This document shows, piece after piece, positions 1 through 9,306 of a stretch of DNA of 64,000 nt. How positions within the stretch are numbered: the first letter of the stretch is position 1; each line of letters begins with the position of its first letter. The notes beneath the pieces were generated by a model, which was given only the letters and a program-made list of their open reading frames with translations, searched no databases and was not told the origin of the DNA. The DNA is taken from positions 209,255 to 273,254 of the forward strand of contig DATDRP010000006.1 in assembly GCA_035291665.1 (NCBI GenBank), in the 5' to 3' direction. The position numbers and the translations under genes are program-made. The DNA comes from Patescibacteria group bacterium (lineage in GTDB: Bacteria > Patescibacteriota > Microgenomatia > UBA8517).

Positions 1-225
1 CTTGTCTTGAATATTCTTTCCGAAGATACGTTTTCATTTAAGGAAAAGCTTGAACTTATTATTGTGGCACCGTTTATGTATATCCTTTTTTATACATTGA
101 GTATGGTGGAATATGTTGCTCTTATAAAGTCATGGATAAATATGCCGGGTTTGAAGAAAAGTTTACTATCCGATAAACAAAATTGGAAACCAATCACAAG
201 ATTGGGGTTTAAGGAAAGTGTGTAA
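1..225 (+). CDS. C-terminal end of a membrane protein, probably a GT2 (cellulose synthase-like) glycosyltransferase; partial
   Basis: Open from window start; hydrophobic helix followed by ...W(K)PITRLG-type tail typical of GT2 synthases. Confidence 0.5.
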   Translation, partial: LVLNILSEDTFSFKEKLELIIVAPFMYILFYTLSMVEYVALIKSWINMPGLKKSLLSDKQNWKPITRLGFKESV

Positions 226-308
226 TCCCCACAGGGATGATTGTTTTTACTATTATTTGATATATAATTGGCCCAAAGAATAAATTCATCACTGCCCATG
301 TAATTAAC

Positions 309-974
309 ATGGTATTAACAGAAGAAGATAAAAGCCGGATTGAGGAAGAAGAAAAATACAGAGCTCAGGTTAGAGGAGATCTGAAAGAAGAAAAACCTCC
401 AAAAAAAGCCAGTGTTGGTAAGGGGTGTCTTACATTAATACTAATTCTAATCATTGGCTTTGTAATAATATCTTTATTGTCGACTCCTAAGAGTAAGAAC
501 ACTTCAACTGAAAACTCAGTGCCGACTCAATCTCCGGCACAAATAGAACAGGAAAAAGGTGCTGAGGAAATGAAAATAAAAAATCTAAGTAACAGCATTT
601 GCGAAAAGAGAAGCGATGGAATGCCATATCTGAATTTGGAATCAATTTCCAAGATGATTGATGGTCAATGGAAAGAAGGGGAATTAATTTATAACACGAC
701 AACAAAACCCCTACCTGATATTTGCGATAAGATAGCCGGGTTCTGTTTGAAAACTTGGGGAGAAACCGAATGCCAAGGGATTGCTGAAAAGAAGATTTGG
801 ATTGACATGAGCCAATTTCAGTTGGAATTGGCTATGGGAAACCCCCGTGACAAGAACAACACGACGGGTACCTGGGGAATACACTCACAATGGGTATATG
901 GTGATTTTGGACCTTACATATATTTGGAGGGTGAAGATAAAGATAGTATGAAGGTTACAAGTTGGCAGGATTAA
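309..974 (+). CDS. Hypothetical single-TM exported protein
   Basis: 221-aa ORF, charged N-terminus, one TM helix, Cys-containing extracellular part. Confidence 0.75.
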   Translation: MVLTEEDKSRIEEEEKYRAQVRGDLKEEKPPKKASVGKGCLTLILILIIGFVIISLLSTPKSKNTSTENSVPTQSPAQIEQEKGAEEMKIKNLSNSICEKRSDGMPYLNLESISKMIDGQWKEGELIYNTTTKPLPDICDKIAGFCLKTWGETECQGIAEKKIWIDMSQFQLELAMGNPRDKNNTTGTWGIHSQWVYGDFGPYIYLEGEDKDSMKVTSWQD

Positions 975-1026
975 ATATTACAACAGCGTTAATTCCAATT
1001 CCCGGTGTGGAAATCCTCGTTTACCT

Positions 1027-1845
1027 ATGTCTATTGAATCAAAGAGCAATGCTTTGAAGGTTGCATCAACTCTTTTTTATAAAAAAAGAGCAGGGAACCG
1101 GGCGGGTTTAAGATTAACATACCGGATGCTGGCTGAACAGGATCCTCGGGCTCCATATTCTACGAACGAATCTTTGGTTAATGATATTTTTGAAGTCATG
1201 GACGATTTTCAAGACAAAACCAAGCATTTTGATCTACTTCGTTTATATTGGCTAAAAGCTGAAAAATACGATACGTCCGAGATTTTTTTGTCAGCTATAC
1301 AGTTTATGGATGATCACAACGCAATTTTACCCAAGACCACCCTTCCCCCGGCGGATGACATACTCGAGTTTTCAAACTTTGTTTTACAAAGCACGGATAA
1401 GGCTACTCATAAAAAGCAGTTCGAAAAATTGATGCAAATTTCAGGTGGAAATCCGATTGGTGCGTCAAATGTTGGCTTTATTGCATCCAGGCTGTATGCC
1501 CGGGGAGGCGATACAAGAGCATATCCGGAAATAAAAATTGGAATAGAAGATATTGTCGCCTGGAATGTAAAGATGCCCTATTTTGAGGGAAACGGGAAAA
1601 CAAATGATGCCTCAGGAGATAACTATTATTTTTGGACACATTTTTTTGCGGCCTCAACACTGCGTTTAATCGGAACCGCCGAGGCGAATTTTTACGATAA
1701 AATTTTTGAATACGGTTCGGATATAATGACTTTTGTCAGAAAAACTTTTGTCGGACAGCCCACCGTCACAGCACACCGCGAAGCATCTATGATCGGAAGG
1801 AATTTGGGAATTGCAGTTATAGAGAAATGTGAGGGATCTATTTGA
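1027..1845 (+). CDS. Hypothetical protein
   Basis: 272-aa ORF, no recognised family. Confidence 0.7.
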   Translation: MSIESKSNALKVASTLFYKKRAGNRAGLRLTYRMLAEQDPRAPYSTNESLVNDIFEVMDDFQDKTKHFDLLRLYWLKAEKYDTSEIFLSAIQFMDDHNAILPKTTLPPADDILEFSNFVLQSTDKATHKKQFEKLMQISGGNPIGASNVGFIASRLYARGGDTRAYPEIKIGIEDIVAWNVKMPYFEGNGKTNDASGDNYYFWTHFFAASTLRLIGTAEANFYDKIFEYGSDIMTFVRKTFVGQPTVTAHREASMIGRNLGIAVIEKCEGSI

Positions 1846-1856
1846 TATAATAGTAG

Positions 1857-2459
1857 ATGACGGAACGAAATAGACAATTTACTGCTCCACCGGAATTTTC
1901 CAAAACTTATACTGCTTCAACCGATTCAATTGGTCAAATGAGTATTGATTTAGGTAACGTCTTTGTCTGGTTGGGATCTTCAAGGGAAATGGGAAGCCGG
2001 ATGGCTTGGCATGAATATCTCCATATGATGGCGGATGGGGTAAGAGACGGACAGCTGGGATACCGGGTTGGCGCCTCTTCAATAGTTGCTTACTATATGG
2101 TTTTTGGGAAAAGAGATCCCGGGGAAATGATGAAAATTGCCTCGGCGCCGGGTTTTGGGGAAATGAGCGGACAGGATCACAACATTTATAACAGCGCAAA
2201 AACCGATTATTATCATGAACTTCAGGAAAAAGACAGGGAAAAGGTACGGGAAGATTTGAATGCGTATATCAAGATCAGAAATAAACTGCACGAGCTTGAC
2301 CGGTATGGAGGTCTCACACCGGACCAAATTGAAAAAATGGATTTCGGAATCTTCAGCGAGAATAAAGATCTTATAAAGCGAGCGGTAGATGAGGTGAAAA
2401 AAGAAATTAACGGAAACAGGAAAAACGATGTTTTAATGGAAAGAACGGTTATAATTTGA
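1857..2459 (+). CDS. Hypothetical protein
   Basis: 200-aa ORF preceded by TATAAT just upstream of ATG. Confidence 0.7.
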   Translation: MTERNRQFTAPPEFSKTYTASTDSIGQMSIDLGNVFVWLGSSREMGSRMAWHEYLHMMADGVRDGQLGYRVGASSIVAYYMVFGKRDPGEMMKIASAPGFGEMSGQDHNIYNSAKTDYYHELQEKDREKVREDLNAYIKIRNKLHELDRYGGLTPDQIEKMDFGIFSENKDLIKRAVDEVKKEINGNRKNDVLMERTVII

Positions 2460-2485
2460 CATCTGGATGGGATTTAATATAGAAT
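2456..2485 (+). promoter_or_regulatory. Sigma70-type promoter for leader peptide 1 and the downstream operon
   Basis: TTGACA (2456-2461), 18 nt, TAGAAT (2480-2485); predicted TSS falls near ATG 2493. Confidence 0.65.
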
Positions 2486-2492
2486 ATCGCAA

Positions 2493-2552
2493 ATGTTTGA
2501 AGATTTCTCAGTCACCACAAAGCTAATTTTGTCTCTCCGCAGGAGAACATAG
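2493..2552 (+). CDS. Arg-rich attenuator leader peptide MFEDFSVTTKLILSLRRRT
   Basis: 19-codon ORF with CGC AGG AGA near its end, between promoter and terminator, upstream of arginine genes. Confidence 0.7.
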   Translation: MFEDFSVTTKLILSLRRRT

Positions 2553-2590
2553 CTTTTGGTGAGAGGAACTTAAATATTCCTGTTAATACG

Positions 2591-2618
2591 ACCTCTCACG
2601 AAAACGAGAGGTTTTTTT
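2591..2618 (+). terminator. Attenuator terminator hairpin
   Basis: ACCTCTC-acgaaaac-GAGAGGT followed by a T run, 5 nt before ATG 2624; competing partner GTGAGAGG at 2559-2566. Confidence 0.75.
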
Positions 2619-2623
2619 GTATC

Positions 2624-3757
2624 ATGAAGGGAAAAAAAATGATTAAAGAAACAGAAAAACAACTAGCATTAGATCAAAAATCACTCACAGATAAATACTA
2701 TGAGTTTATAGATTTTTCTTATGACTATGGAGCAATCTCAGATTTCCCGGTTCCGGGAAAGAAGGGACTTAATAGATATTTGCCGCTATTGCCGGTTGAG
2801 AGTGTTGATACCAAGATAAAAAATTTGGGGAATACTCCTTTGGAAAAGGCTAAAAAATTTGGTTATGAGGTTGGTTTGTCTAATCTTTGGATCAAAAGAG
2901 AAGACTTGAACCCGACTGGATGTTTTAAAGACAGAGAAAGCGCGGTAATAATTTCAGCTGCGAAAGAAAGAAACATCACTTCAGTATATGTTGTTTCCTC
3001 TGGTAATGCGGCTTTATCTACAGCTAAGTTTGCGAAAGAAGCCGGTATAGCCTGCACCTGCTATGTACCTGAAAAGACCTCTAAAGAAAAGAAAGACCTT
3101 ATCCAAAAATATGGAGCAGAACTCGAATTGATTCCCGGTTTTTATGAAGATGTATATAGAACTGTTGTAGACATGCATCCAAAAGGATGGAACGTTACTT
3201 CTGGACAAAATCCATACAGAATCGAGGGCGGTAAAACGATGGCTTATGAAATAGTTGAACAATTAAAAGAAGTCCCTGATGTTGTTGTTATTCCGAGTGG
3301 AAACGGAGGTTGTTTGGCTGCAACATGGAAAGGGTTTAAGGAACTCAAAGAAATTGGAAAAATAGATAAACTACCAAAAATGGTGTGCGTACAAATAAAA
3401 GGGGCAGCTCCAATAAAAGTAGCTTTAGAACAGAACAAACCTTATGTGGTCCTCGGAGAAATTGAGGACTCAGTTGCTGAAGGAATTGTTGCTCAAGAAT
3501 CATATAACTCTCCACAAGCAGTCCAAGCTCTGAAAGAGTCGGGGGGCTATGTAATCGAAGTGAATGATTCGGAAGTAATCAGCGCTCTGAAGAAAATTAT
3601 AGAAACAGAATCTATCGTTCCTGAACCAACATCTGCAGCCACATTTGCAGCATTATACAAATTGGAAGAACAATCTGACTCACTTGTCGTTGCCGTTAAT
3701 ACTGGTGACGGAAAGAAAATGATAGATGAGGTTAAACATCTAATTCAGAAAACCTAA
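2624..3757 (+). CDS. Threonine synthase-like PLP-dependent enzyme (fold type II)
   Basis: LGNTPL, KREDLNPTGCFKDR (PLP Lys), SSGNA, PSGNGG, EPTSA motifs. Confidence 0.85.
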   Translation: MKGKKMIKETEKQLALDQKSLTDKYYEFIDFSYDYGAISDFPVPGKKGLNRYLPLLPVESVDTKIKNLGNTPLEKAKKFGYEVGLSNLWIKREDLNPTGCFKDRESAVIISAAKERNITSVYVVSSGNAALSTAKFAKEAGIACTCYVPEKTSKEKKDLIQKYGAELELIPGFYEDVYRTVVDMHPKGWNVTSGQNPYRIEGGKTMAYEIVEQLKEVPDVVVIPSGNGGCLAATWKGFKELKEIGKIDKLPKMVCVQIKGAAPIKVALEQNKPYVVLGEIEDSVAEGIVAQESYNSPQAVQALKESGGYVIEVNDSEVISALKKIIETESIVPEPTSAATFAALYKLEEQSDSLVVAVNTGDGKKMIDEVKHLIQKT

Positions 3758-3759
3758 AT

Positions 3760-4590
3760 ATGAGTATCGTAGAATCAATTAACGGAAAAGATAAACCCAA
3801 AGGAAATTGGATCAGTGTGGAACATGAGGGGAGTTTTCATCAGATAGAAATTGCAAAAACTCCGGAACAGTTGGCCGAAGCAAAGGCGCTTGATGATTTG
3901 GTTTTTGCCGGACATGTTGGTATAACAATGAATGAATTATATGAAATTGCTAATAATGGAGCGGTATTGCTCATGCGAGATATTAATGGGAATTTAATTG
4001 GAGAATCACAGGTAATAACCTCACCAATATCCGAACATCCTAATTTAGATAAAGATGAAGCTTATAATTATGGAACTGCTATATATCCGGGATTACAGAA
4101 TAACGGATTGGCTCAAGTCTTATTCAAAGCTCAAGAACAGATTGCAATCGAAGCTGGAAAATCAAAGAGCACTCTGACAGTCAGGCTTGAAAATGCCCAA
4201 AGCATCAGGGGAAGATTTAAATCTGGCTTCTACATTGTAGGCTATGATCCAAACCATTATGGTTCGTTCGAAGATGGTGGAGCAAGATTAATTATGGAAA
4301 AAAACCTTTCAAGAAAAAATGGGGTGGTCCCAGTACCTGTTCTTGCGGGAATGGTTGATCAGGGAAAGGTGAGAATTATAAATGGCCATACCGAAAGTCC
4401 CAATATGAAAGATGAGGGGTTGTTAATTGGAATCGGTGTTAATTCAGGCGACGAAATAGACCATGCGGCACATGTTGCTGTGAAAGAAGTTTTTGAAAAT
4501 AATAAACATCTTGGTATCGGTATTCTAAAGTCATGTGAATTTAAGACTAAAGTTGACAAAACAAGCCTGTTAGTTTTTACTGAAAAATAA
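3760..4590 (+). CDS. GNAT family N-acetyltransferase with C-terminal extension
   Basis: AIYPGLQNNGLAQVL acetyl-CoA motif A; TVRLEN..S..GF. Confidence 0.7.
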   Translation: MSIVESINGKDKPKGNWISVEHEGSFHQIEIAKTPEQLAEAKALDDLVFAGHVGITMNELYEIANNGAVLLMRDINGNLIGESQVITSPISEHPNLDKDEAYNYGTAIYPGLQNNGLAQVLFKAQEQIAIEAGKSKSTLTVRLENAQSIRGRFKSGFYIVGYDPNHYGSFEDGGARLIMEKNLSRKNGVVPVPVLAGMVDQGKVRIINGHTESPNMKDEGLLIGIGVNSGDEIDHAAHVAVKEVFENNKHLGIGILKSCEFKTKVDKTSLLVFTEK

Positions 4591-4600
4591 TTCACCTCAA

Positions 4601-5347
4601 ATGGTAAAAACAAATCCTTCGCATCTTAAGGAAAAATATAAATTATTATCAGAGAAATTAGATAGAGAATTACTTAAGATATCTTTCAAGGAAAATAAAG
4701 AAAATATAGTCTATTTGCCGGATTTAATAAAAAAACAAAATGTTGAGATGGTTATCAAGTACAAGGAAAATGCGTATTTAAGGGAATCAGTGGCTTTAAA
4801 TCTAATTAAAGCTGCAAAATATTTTAAAAATAAAAACTTTACTCTTGAATTGGAAAGTGCCTATAGAAGCATAAATGAACAAAAAAAACGGTTTATAAGT
4901 AGATATGCTTCAATTAAAAAAAAATATCCTAACAAACCAAAATCTGAATTATTGAAATTAGCAAATACATATACTGCAGGAATTTTAATATTAGCTGCTC
5001 ATACTGCAGGTGCGGCTGTTGATGTTCTTTTAAAAGACTGGAAAAATTCCAGTCTTGATTTTGGGACAGACTATCTTAATGGTGATGAAAAATCTGTTAC
5101 AGATTATCCTAATTTATCAAAAAAAGTTAAAGCAAATCGGAAAATTCTGAAAAAGGGTATGGAAAAATTTGGTTTTACTAATTACCCATTCGAATATTGG
5201 CATTACAGTATAGGTGATGTTTTTGCAGCTTATTTTAATAAACAAAAATATGCAAAGTATGGACCTGTTAATTATGATATGAAAAAAAATATCACAATAT
5301 TTTCGAACAATAAAAAAGATTTATATAAATTTTTTAAAATTAGATGA
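4601..5347 (+). CDS. D-Ala-D-Ala dipeptidase (M15/VanX family)
   Basis: SAYRS, AAHTAGAAVDV (SxHxxGxAxD-like), EYWHYS motifs; very AT-rich gene. Confidence 0.85.
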   Translation: MVKTNPSHLKEKYKLLSEKLDRELLKISFKENKENIVYLPDLIKKQNVEMVIKYKENAYLRESVALNLIKAAKYFKNKNFTLELESAYRSINEQKKRFISRYASIKKKYPNKPKSELLKLANTYTAGILILAAHTAGAAVDVLLKDWKNSSLDFGTDYLNGDEKSVTDYPNLSKKVKANRKILKKGMEKFGFTNYPFEYWHYSIGDVFAAYFNKQKYAKYGPVNYDMKKNITIFSNNKKDLYKFFKIR

Positions 5348-5898
5348 TAGAACAAGAAATAAATCCTCAAAAAAATGTAAAGATTGTTATCCCCGACACC
5401 TCTTCAGTAGGTGAATTTATCAATACAATCGAAGAAGTATCCAAATGGACACATTTTTATAAAGATACAATGTGGCCAAGGAGTCCTGAAAAAATAAAAA
5501 GTTACTTTCAGAAAGGACATTCTGTATTATTAGTAAATGAGAAAACCGATGAACTTCTTGCACATGGAGCGATAAAATGGATATCTGATGTTAATCCAAT
5601 ACTGGAAATAGGAACAGTTGTCGTTAATCCAAAATATAAAGGTTTAGGGTATGGTACTAAAGTTACTAAAGCGGTTATAGAACATGCGAACGTGATGTAT
5701 CCAGAAAAAACTCAGTTCGCGTTTTGTAATCCATCCAGCCTAGGGATATTAAAAAAATTAGGTGCTATCGAAGCACAAATAAACGATTTACCGCTAGAGG
5801 TATGGGAAGGATGCGCAACTTGCCCCAATAAACCTAAACCTGAAACCGGAAAATTTTGTTGCGATACGATTGTCTTTTTCCCTAAAGTCATTAACTAG
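5344..5898 (+). CDS. GNAT acetyltransferase resembling short-form N-acetylglutamate synthase (ArgA-like)
   Basis: EIGTVVVNPKYKGLGYG; C-terminal LP.EVWEGCATCP...CCD like short ArgA proteins. Confidence 0.65.
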   Translation: MIEQEINPQKNVKIVIPDTSSVGEFINTIEEVSKWTHFYKDTMWPRSPEKIKSYFQKGHSVLLVNEKTDELLAHGAIKWISDVNPILEIGTVVVNPKYKGLGYGTKVTKAVIEHANVMYPEKTQFAFCNPSSLGILKKLGAIEAQINDLPLEVWEGCATCPNKPKPETGKFCCDTIVFFPKVIN

Positions 5899-5917
5899 TT
5901 ATTAGTATCTAAATAAA

Positions 5918-6634
5918 ATGTCTGTCTCAAAAGAAATTTTTCAAAATGAGCATATTGTTTTACCTGTTATTCACGCGGAAACAGAAAACCAGGTTTTGGA
6001 CAATGCAAGAGTTGCATATGAGGCTGGTTGTGATGGAATATTTCTTATAAATATGAAGGATCCTACAACGTCCACCAGAATGAGCTACGAAAATCTTCGT
6101 AAGTTACACAAAATGGTACGTAGCGAATATGCCACTTGGTGGATCGGTGTAAATTATTTGGATTTACCAGCGGTTAAGGTTTTTGAAAATGTTGACTCTA
6201 CAGTTTCTGGAGTTTGGGTGGATAATGCGGAAATTTACGAATGGCTTGATAAGCAAGTGGCCGCGCATAAAATTCTTCAAGCCAGAGAGAATAGTGGTTG
6301 GCGTGGATTATACTTCGGAGGGGTCGCGTTTAAGTACCAAAAAGAAGTTGATAATCCAGGTCTTGCAGCAAAAATTGCAACTTCTTTTGTTGATGTTGTG
6401 ACAACCAGTGGTAAGGCAACAGGTTCTGCTCCCGATCTGGAAAAAATACGTTTGATGAAAGAATCTTTGGGAGAGTTTCCCTTAGCGATAGCGAGTGGTG
6501 TTTCTCCTGAAAATGTTAAGCAATTTATGCCTTATGCTGATTATTTCATTGTAGCAACAAGTATTTTGGTACATGGAACAGAAAACTTTGATATAAATAA
6601 AATTAAATCTTTAATTGACAATGTACGAGGGTAA
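5918..6634 (+). CDS. BtpA/SgcQ family TIM-barrel protein
   Basis: LPVIH, DGIFLIN, GVNYL, TSGKATG, ASGVSPENV motifs. Confidence 0.75.
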   Translation: MSVSKEIFQNEHIVLPVIHAETENQVLDNARVAYEAGCDGIFLINMKDPTTSTRMSYENLRKLHKMVRSEYATWWIGVNYLDLPAVKVFENVDSTVSGVWVDNAEIYEWLDKQVAAHKILQARENSGWRGLYFGGVAFKYQKEVDNPGLAAKIATSFVDVVTTSGKATGSAPDLEKIRLMKESLGEFPLAIASGVSPENVKQFMPYADYFIVATSILVHGTENFDINKIKSLIDNVRG

Positions 6635-6681
6635 TTTCCCGGTAATAAGTCATATTAAAAATCGATATTATTAATTAATAT

Positions 6682-6711
6682 TTGACTCCTATAATATAAA
6701 AAGAGTAGAAT
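6682..6711 (+). promoter_or_regulatory. Sigma70-type promoter (leaderless start at 6720)
   Basis: TTGACT-18 nt-TAGAAT, 8 nt before ATG. Confidence 0.5.
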
Positions 6712-6719
6712 CCCCTTAA

Positions 6720-7634
6720 ATGTCGAAAGAGTCTACTATAGAGCAAGAAAAATTTGCGAAAGTTATACCACATATAGAAAATGAGTATTCGCCTCTTAAA
6801 AAAGTCTTAGTTAACAGGAATCCTCAATTGGTAACAACCTTTACAGATCTTGTGGTAAACCCTATACAAGGCAGATCTTTGGAAAAAGTTGAACATAGAG
6901 GAGAAATCAAAGTGCTTCCAGGTGCTGCTGAATGTCATGGAAATTTATTGAAGGTCTTATCTGAAAATGGTGTCGAACTTTTATATTCCGATGTTACTCC
7001 CATCAAAGAAGGTCATACACCACTCTTTACCAGAGATGTGGGGGTTGTTATTGATAACAGAGTATTACCTTCCAAAATGAGGTACGAGTATCGTTCAGTG
7101 GAGGTTCCGGAAATGTTGTCCAAAATTTCTGATGGCAGCATTATCAGAACAAACCAAGAATATAAAATAGAAGGAGGGGACGTCGTTTTTTTGGAACCAA
7201 ATCTTCTTCTAATTGGTATTGGTCCCCGAACCGATGTAAATGGATTAAATTTATTGAAGGGTATTTACCCGGGTAAAGAATTTATATCTTTTTCAACAGT
7301 CCGTAAAGAAGAAGCATTTCACATTGATACAAATTTGGGTATTTTGGGAAAGAAGCATTTGGTATATCTTCCCGAACTTGTCCCACAAGATGTTGTTAAC
7401 CTCTTAAAAGATCGGGATTATACATTTGTTGAAGCCGAAATGTCAGAACATGATACTTGCTGTACAAATATATTAGCTATTAATGATAGGAGAATAATCG
7501 CCCCTGCTGAAAATAAAATTACGAACTCAAGGATTCGAAAGTCGGGGGTTGAGGTAATAGAGGTATCACTTAAAGACATATTATCTTTCGGAGGGGGCCC
7601 TCACTGCTTAACACTCCCTCTTGTCAGAGATTAA
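6720..7634 (+). CDS. Amidinotransferase/dimethylarginase (DDAH)/arginine deiminase family protein
   Basis: ENEY..LKKV, FTRD, EGGD, HIDT, GGGPHCLTLP catalytic motifs. Confidence 0.85.
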   Translation: MSKESTIEQEKFAKVIPHIENEYSPLKKVLVNRNPQLVTTFTDLVVNPIQGRSLEKVEHRGEIKVLPGAAECHGNLLKVLSENGVELLYSDVTPIKEGHTPLFTRDVGVVIDNRVLPSKMRYEYRSVEVPEMLSKISDGSIIRTNQEYKIEGGDVVFLEPNLLLIGIGPRTDVNGLNLLKGIYPGKEFISFSTVRKEEAFHIDTNLGILGKKHLVYLPELVPQDVVNLLKDRDYTFVEAEMSEHDTCCTNILAINDRRIIAPAENKITNSRIRKSGVEVIEVSLKDILSFGGGPHCLTLPLVRD

Positions 7635-7637
7635 ATT

Positions 7638-8522
7638 ATGACAAGTGAACAAGAAGAAAAAAATATTTCTGACGGAAAAGATGCAAAGATTAATAATTCT
7701 GAGTTAGACGCAGTTAAAAAAGATACATACGTTAAAATTAAGTCAGAGTTTCCTGGAATAAGTCAGGAATTAACTGACACATTTTTAAAATACTTTTATC
7801 AGGACAACTCAATAAAGTATAAGACTAGTAACAGAGACATTGTCACCAAAGCGGATTTAGAAATCGAAAAAATATTTACAAGCTTTATCCATAAAAGATT
7901 TCCAAAACATAGAGTCGTAGGAGAAGAGACTTACGATCCACACGAAAAAGAACGAAGTGATTGGGTTTGGTATATTGATCCAATTGACGGTACAACAAAT
8001 TTTGCCCACCATAATGAAGAATGTGCCATCATGGTAGGTTTATTGCACAAACACCGACCTTTTTACTCTTGGATTAATTTTCCTGTAAAAAATCAAACTT
8101 ACACTTCGATTCCCAACGAAGGTTGCTACTTGAATGGCCAACAAATTGTAAGAATTCACGACAGGGAAGTTGAGCTTAATAATTCTCTGTTGGGTGTTCT
8201 CCAAGAAAGATCGTTGGAAGAATTCACAAAGATTTACAAAAATGTATGGAATAAAAATCAGGGAACACGAATTTATGGTTGTTCCGCTAGCCTATTTTGC
8301 AGGTTGGCAACGGGTGAGCTTGATGCATCAATTATAAAAGAATCTTATATTTGGGAATATGCATCAGGATTGTTGATAGCATCCGAATCTGGATGCTCAA
8401 CACATGTTGTTAACGGCAATCTTTTCAATGATAAAAAAACAGATTTGATTTTAGCCAGAGATAAAGGTTTACTTAATAATTTAATTCCTTTGGTAAATAT
8501 TCAAAAGGAGAAATTAGAATGA
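7638..8522 (+). CDS. Inositol monophosphatase family protein
   Basis: VTKAD, GEE, WYIDPIDGTTNF; WE in place of the usual WD. Confidence 0.85.
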   Translation: MTSEQEEKNISDGKDAKINNSELDAVKKDTYVKIKSEFPGISQELTDTFLKYFYQDNSIKYKTSNRDIVTKADLEIEKIFTSFIHKRFPKHRVVGEETYDPHEKERSDWVWYIDPIDGTTNFAHHNEECAIMVGLLHKHRPFYSWINFPVKNQTYTSIPNEGCYLNGQQIVRIHDREVELNNSLLGVLQERSLEEFTKIYKNVWNKNQGTRIYGCSASLFCRLATGELDASIIKESYIWEYASGLLIASESGCSTHVVNGNLFNDKKTDLILARDKGLLNNLIPLVNIQKEKLE

Positions 8523-8538
8523 AAGAAAATGATAGGAT

Positions 8539-9075
8539 ATGATCGAAAATAGAGAACATCTAATTCCTAAGAATATAGTTTTTTTTGACGCCGACAAAAC
8601 CTTATGGCAGGTTATTACAACTGACGGATCAGACGATTGGTCAAGTAAAGTTAAAAATGCAACTTTCTTGCTTGATGATGGAAACACCGTTACCAGGAAA
8701 GAAAATGGGACAAAATTTGTTTTAAAGGATGAAGTGAAAGAATGTTTGGAAAAACTGTCAAAAGAAGGGATAGGAATCGGATTAATAAGTGACAATGAGC
8801 CGGAAGATGTTAAAAAAATAACGGATTTATTTGGGATCTCTGAATTTTTTGACTCAAAACTTATAAATGTTAGTTTATGGGAAGGTCCATGTCCGAAAGA
8901 AGTGATGATTACGGAAGTGGTTGAAAAAATCGGATCAGAAAATTTCTCAAGAGTACTGTTGGTTGATGATAAAGATTATAGTGAGGCAATGAAAAATTCA
9001 GGTTATTCATTTATACAATCTCCAAAGGACAGCTTTCCCAAAGAAATTGTTTTGGACTACTTTGGATTAAAATAA
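8539..9075 (+). CDS. HAD-superfamily phosphatase (IIIC/MDP-1-like)
   Basis: FFDADKTLW motif I, SDN, K, LVDD motif IV. Confidence 0.8.
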   Translation: MIENREHLIPKNIVFFDADKTLWQVITTDGSDDWSSKVKNATFLLDDGNTVTRKENGTKFVLKDEVKECLEKLSKEGIGIGLISDNEPEDVKKITDLFGISEFFDSKLINVSLWEGPCPKEVMITEVVEKIGSENFSRVLLVDDKDYSEAMKNSGYSFIQSPKDSFPKEIVLDYFGLK

Positions 9076-9306
9076 TCAGTAAGTGATTCGTCTGTTGGTA
9101 TTCCTAATTAGATTGATCAAGAAACGGACCATCGGTGAATGAAGAATTAAGAAGTTTATGAAAATTGTTAACGTCATGCGAGCTTACAAGCAATATATCA
9201 TTAATGTATATTTCTCACCAATAAATGTATACTTATAAATTATTAAATAATTGGAGTAAGTTTTTATAGTGGTTGCCCACCTAAAAGATGGGTTTTTGAT
9301 GATAAA

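Noticed and set aside
4601-5347. Vancomycin-resistance cluster
   Set aside because: Only a VanX-family peptidase; no vanH, vanA, vanR or vanS nearby
9204-9235. ArgR (ARG) boxes upstream of argG
   Set aside because: The AATGTATA repeats match the ARG consensus poorly and no argR is seen
9225-9298. Possible third Arg attenuator upstream of argG (uORF MYTYKLLNNWSKFL plus weak GCCCA..TGGGT-T hairpin)
   Set aside because: No Arg codons, weak stem, no antiterminator found
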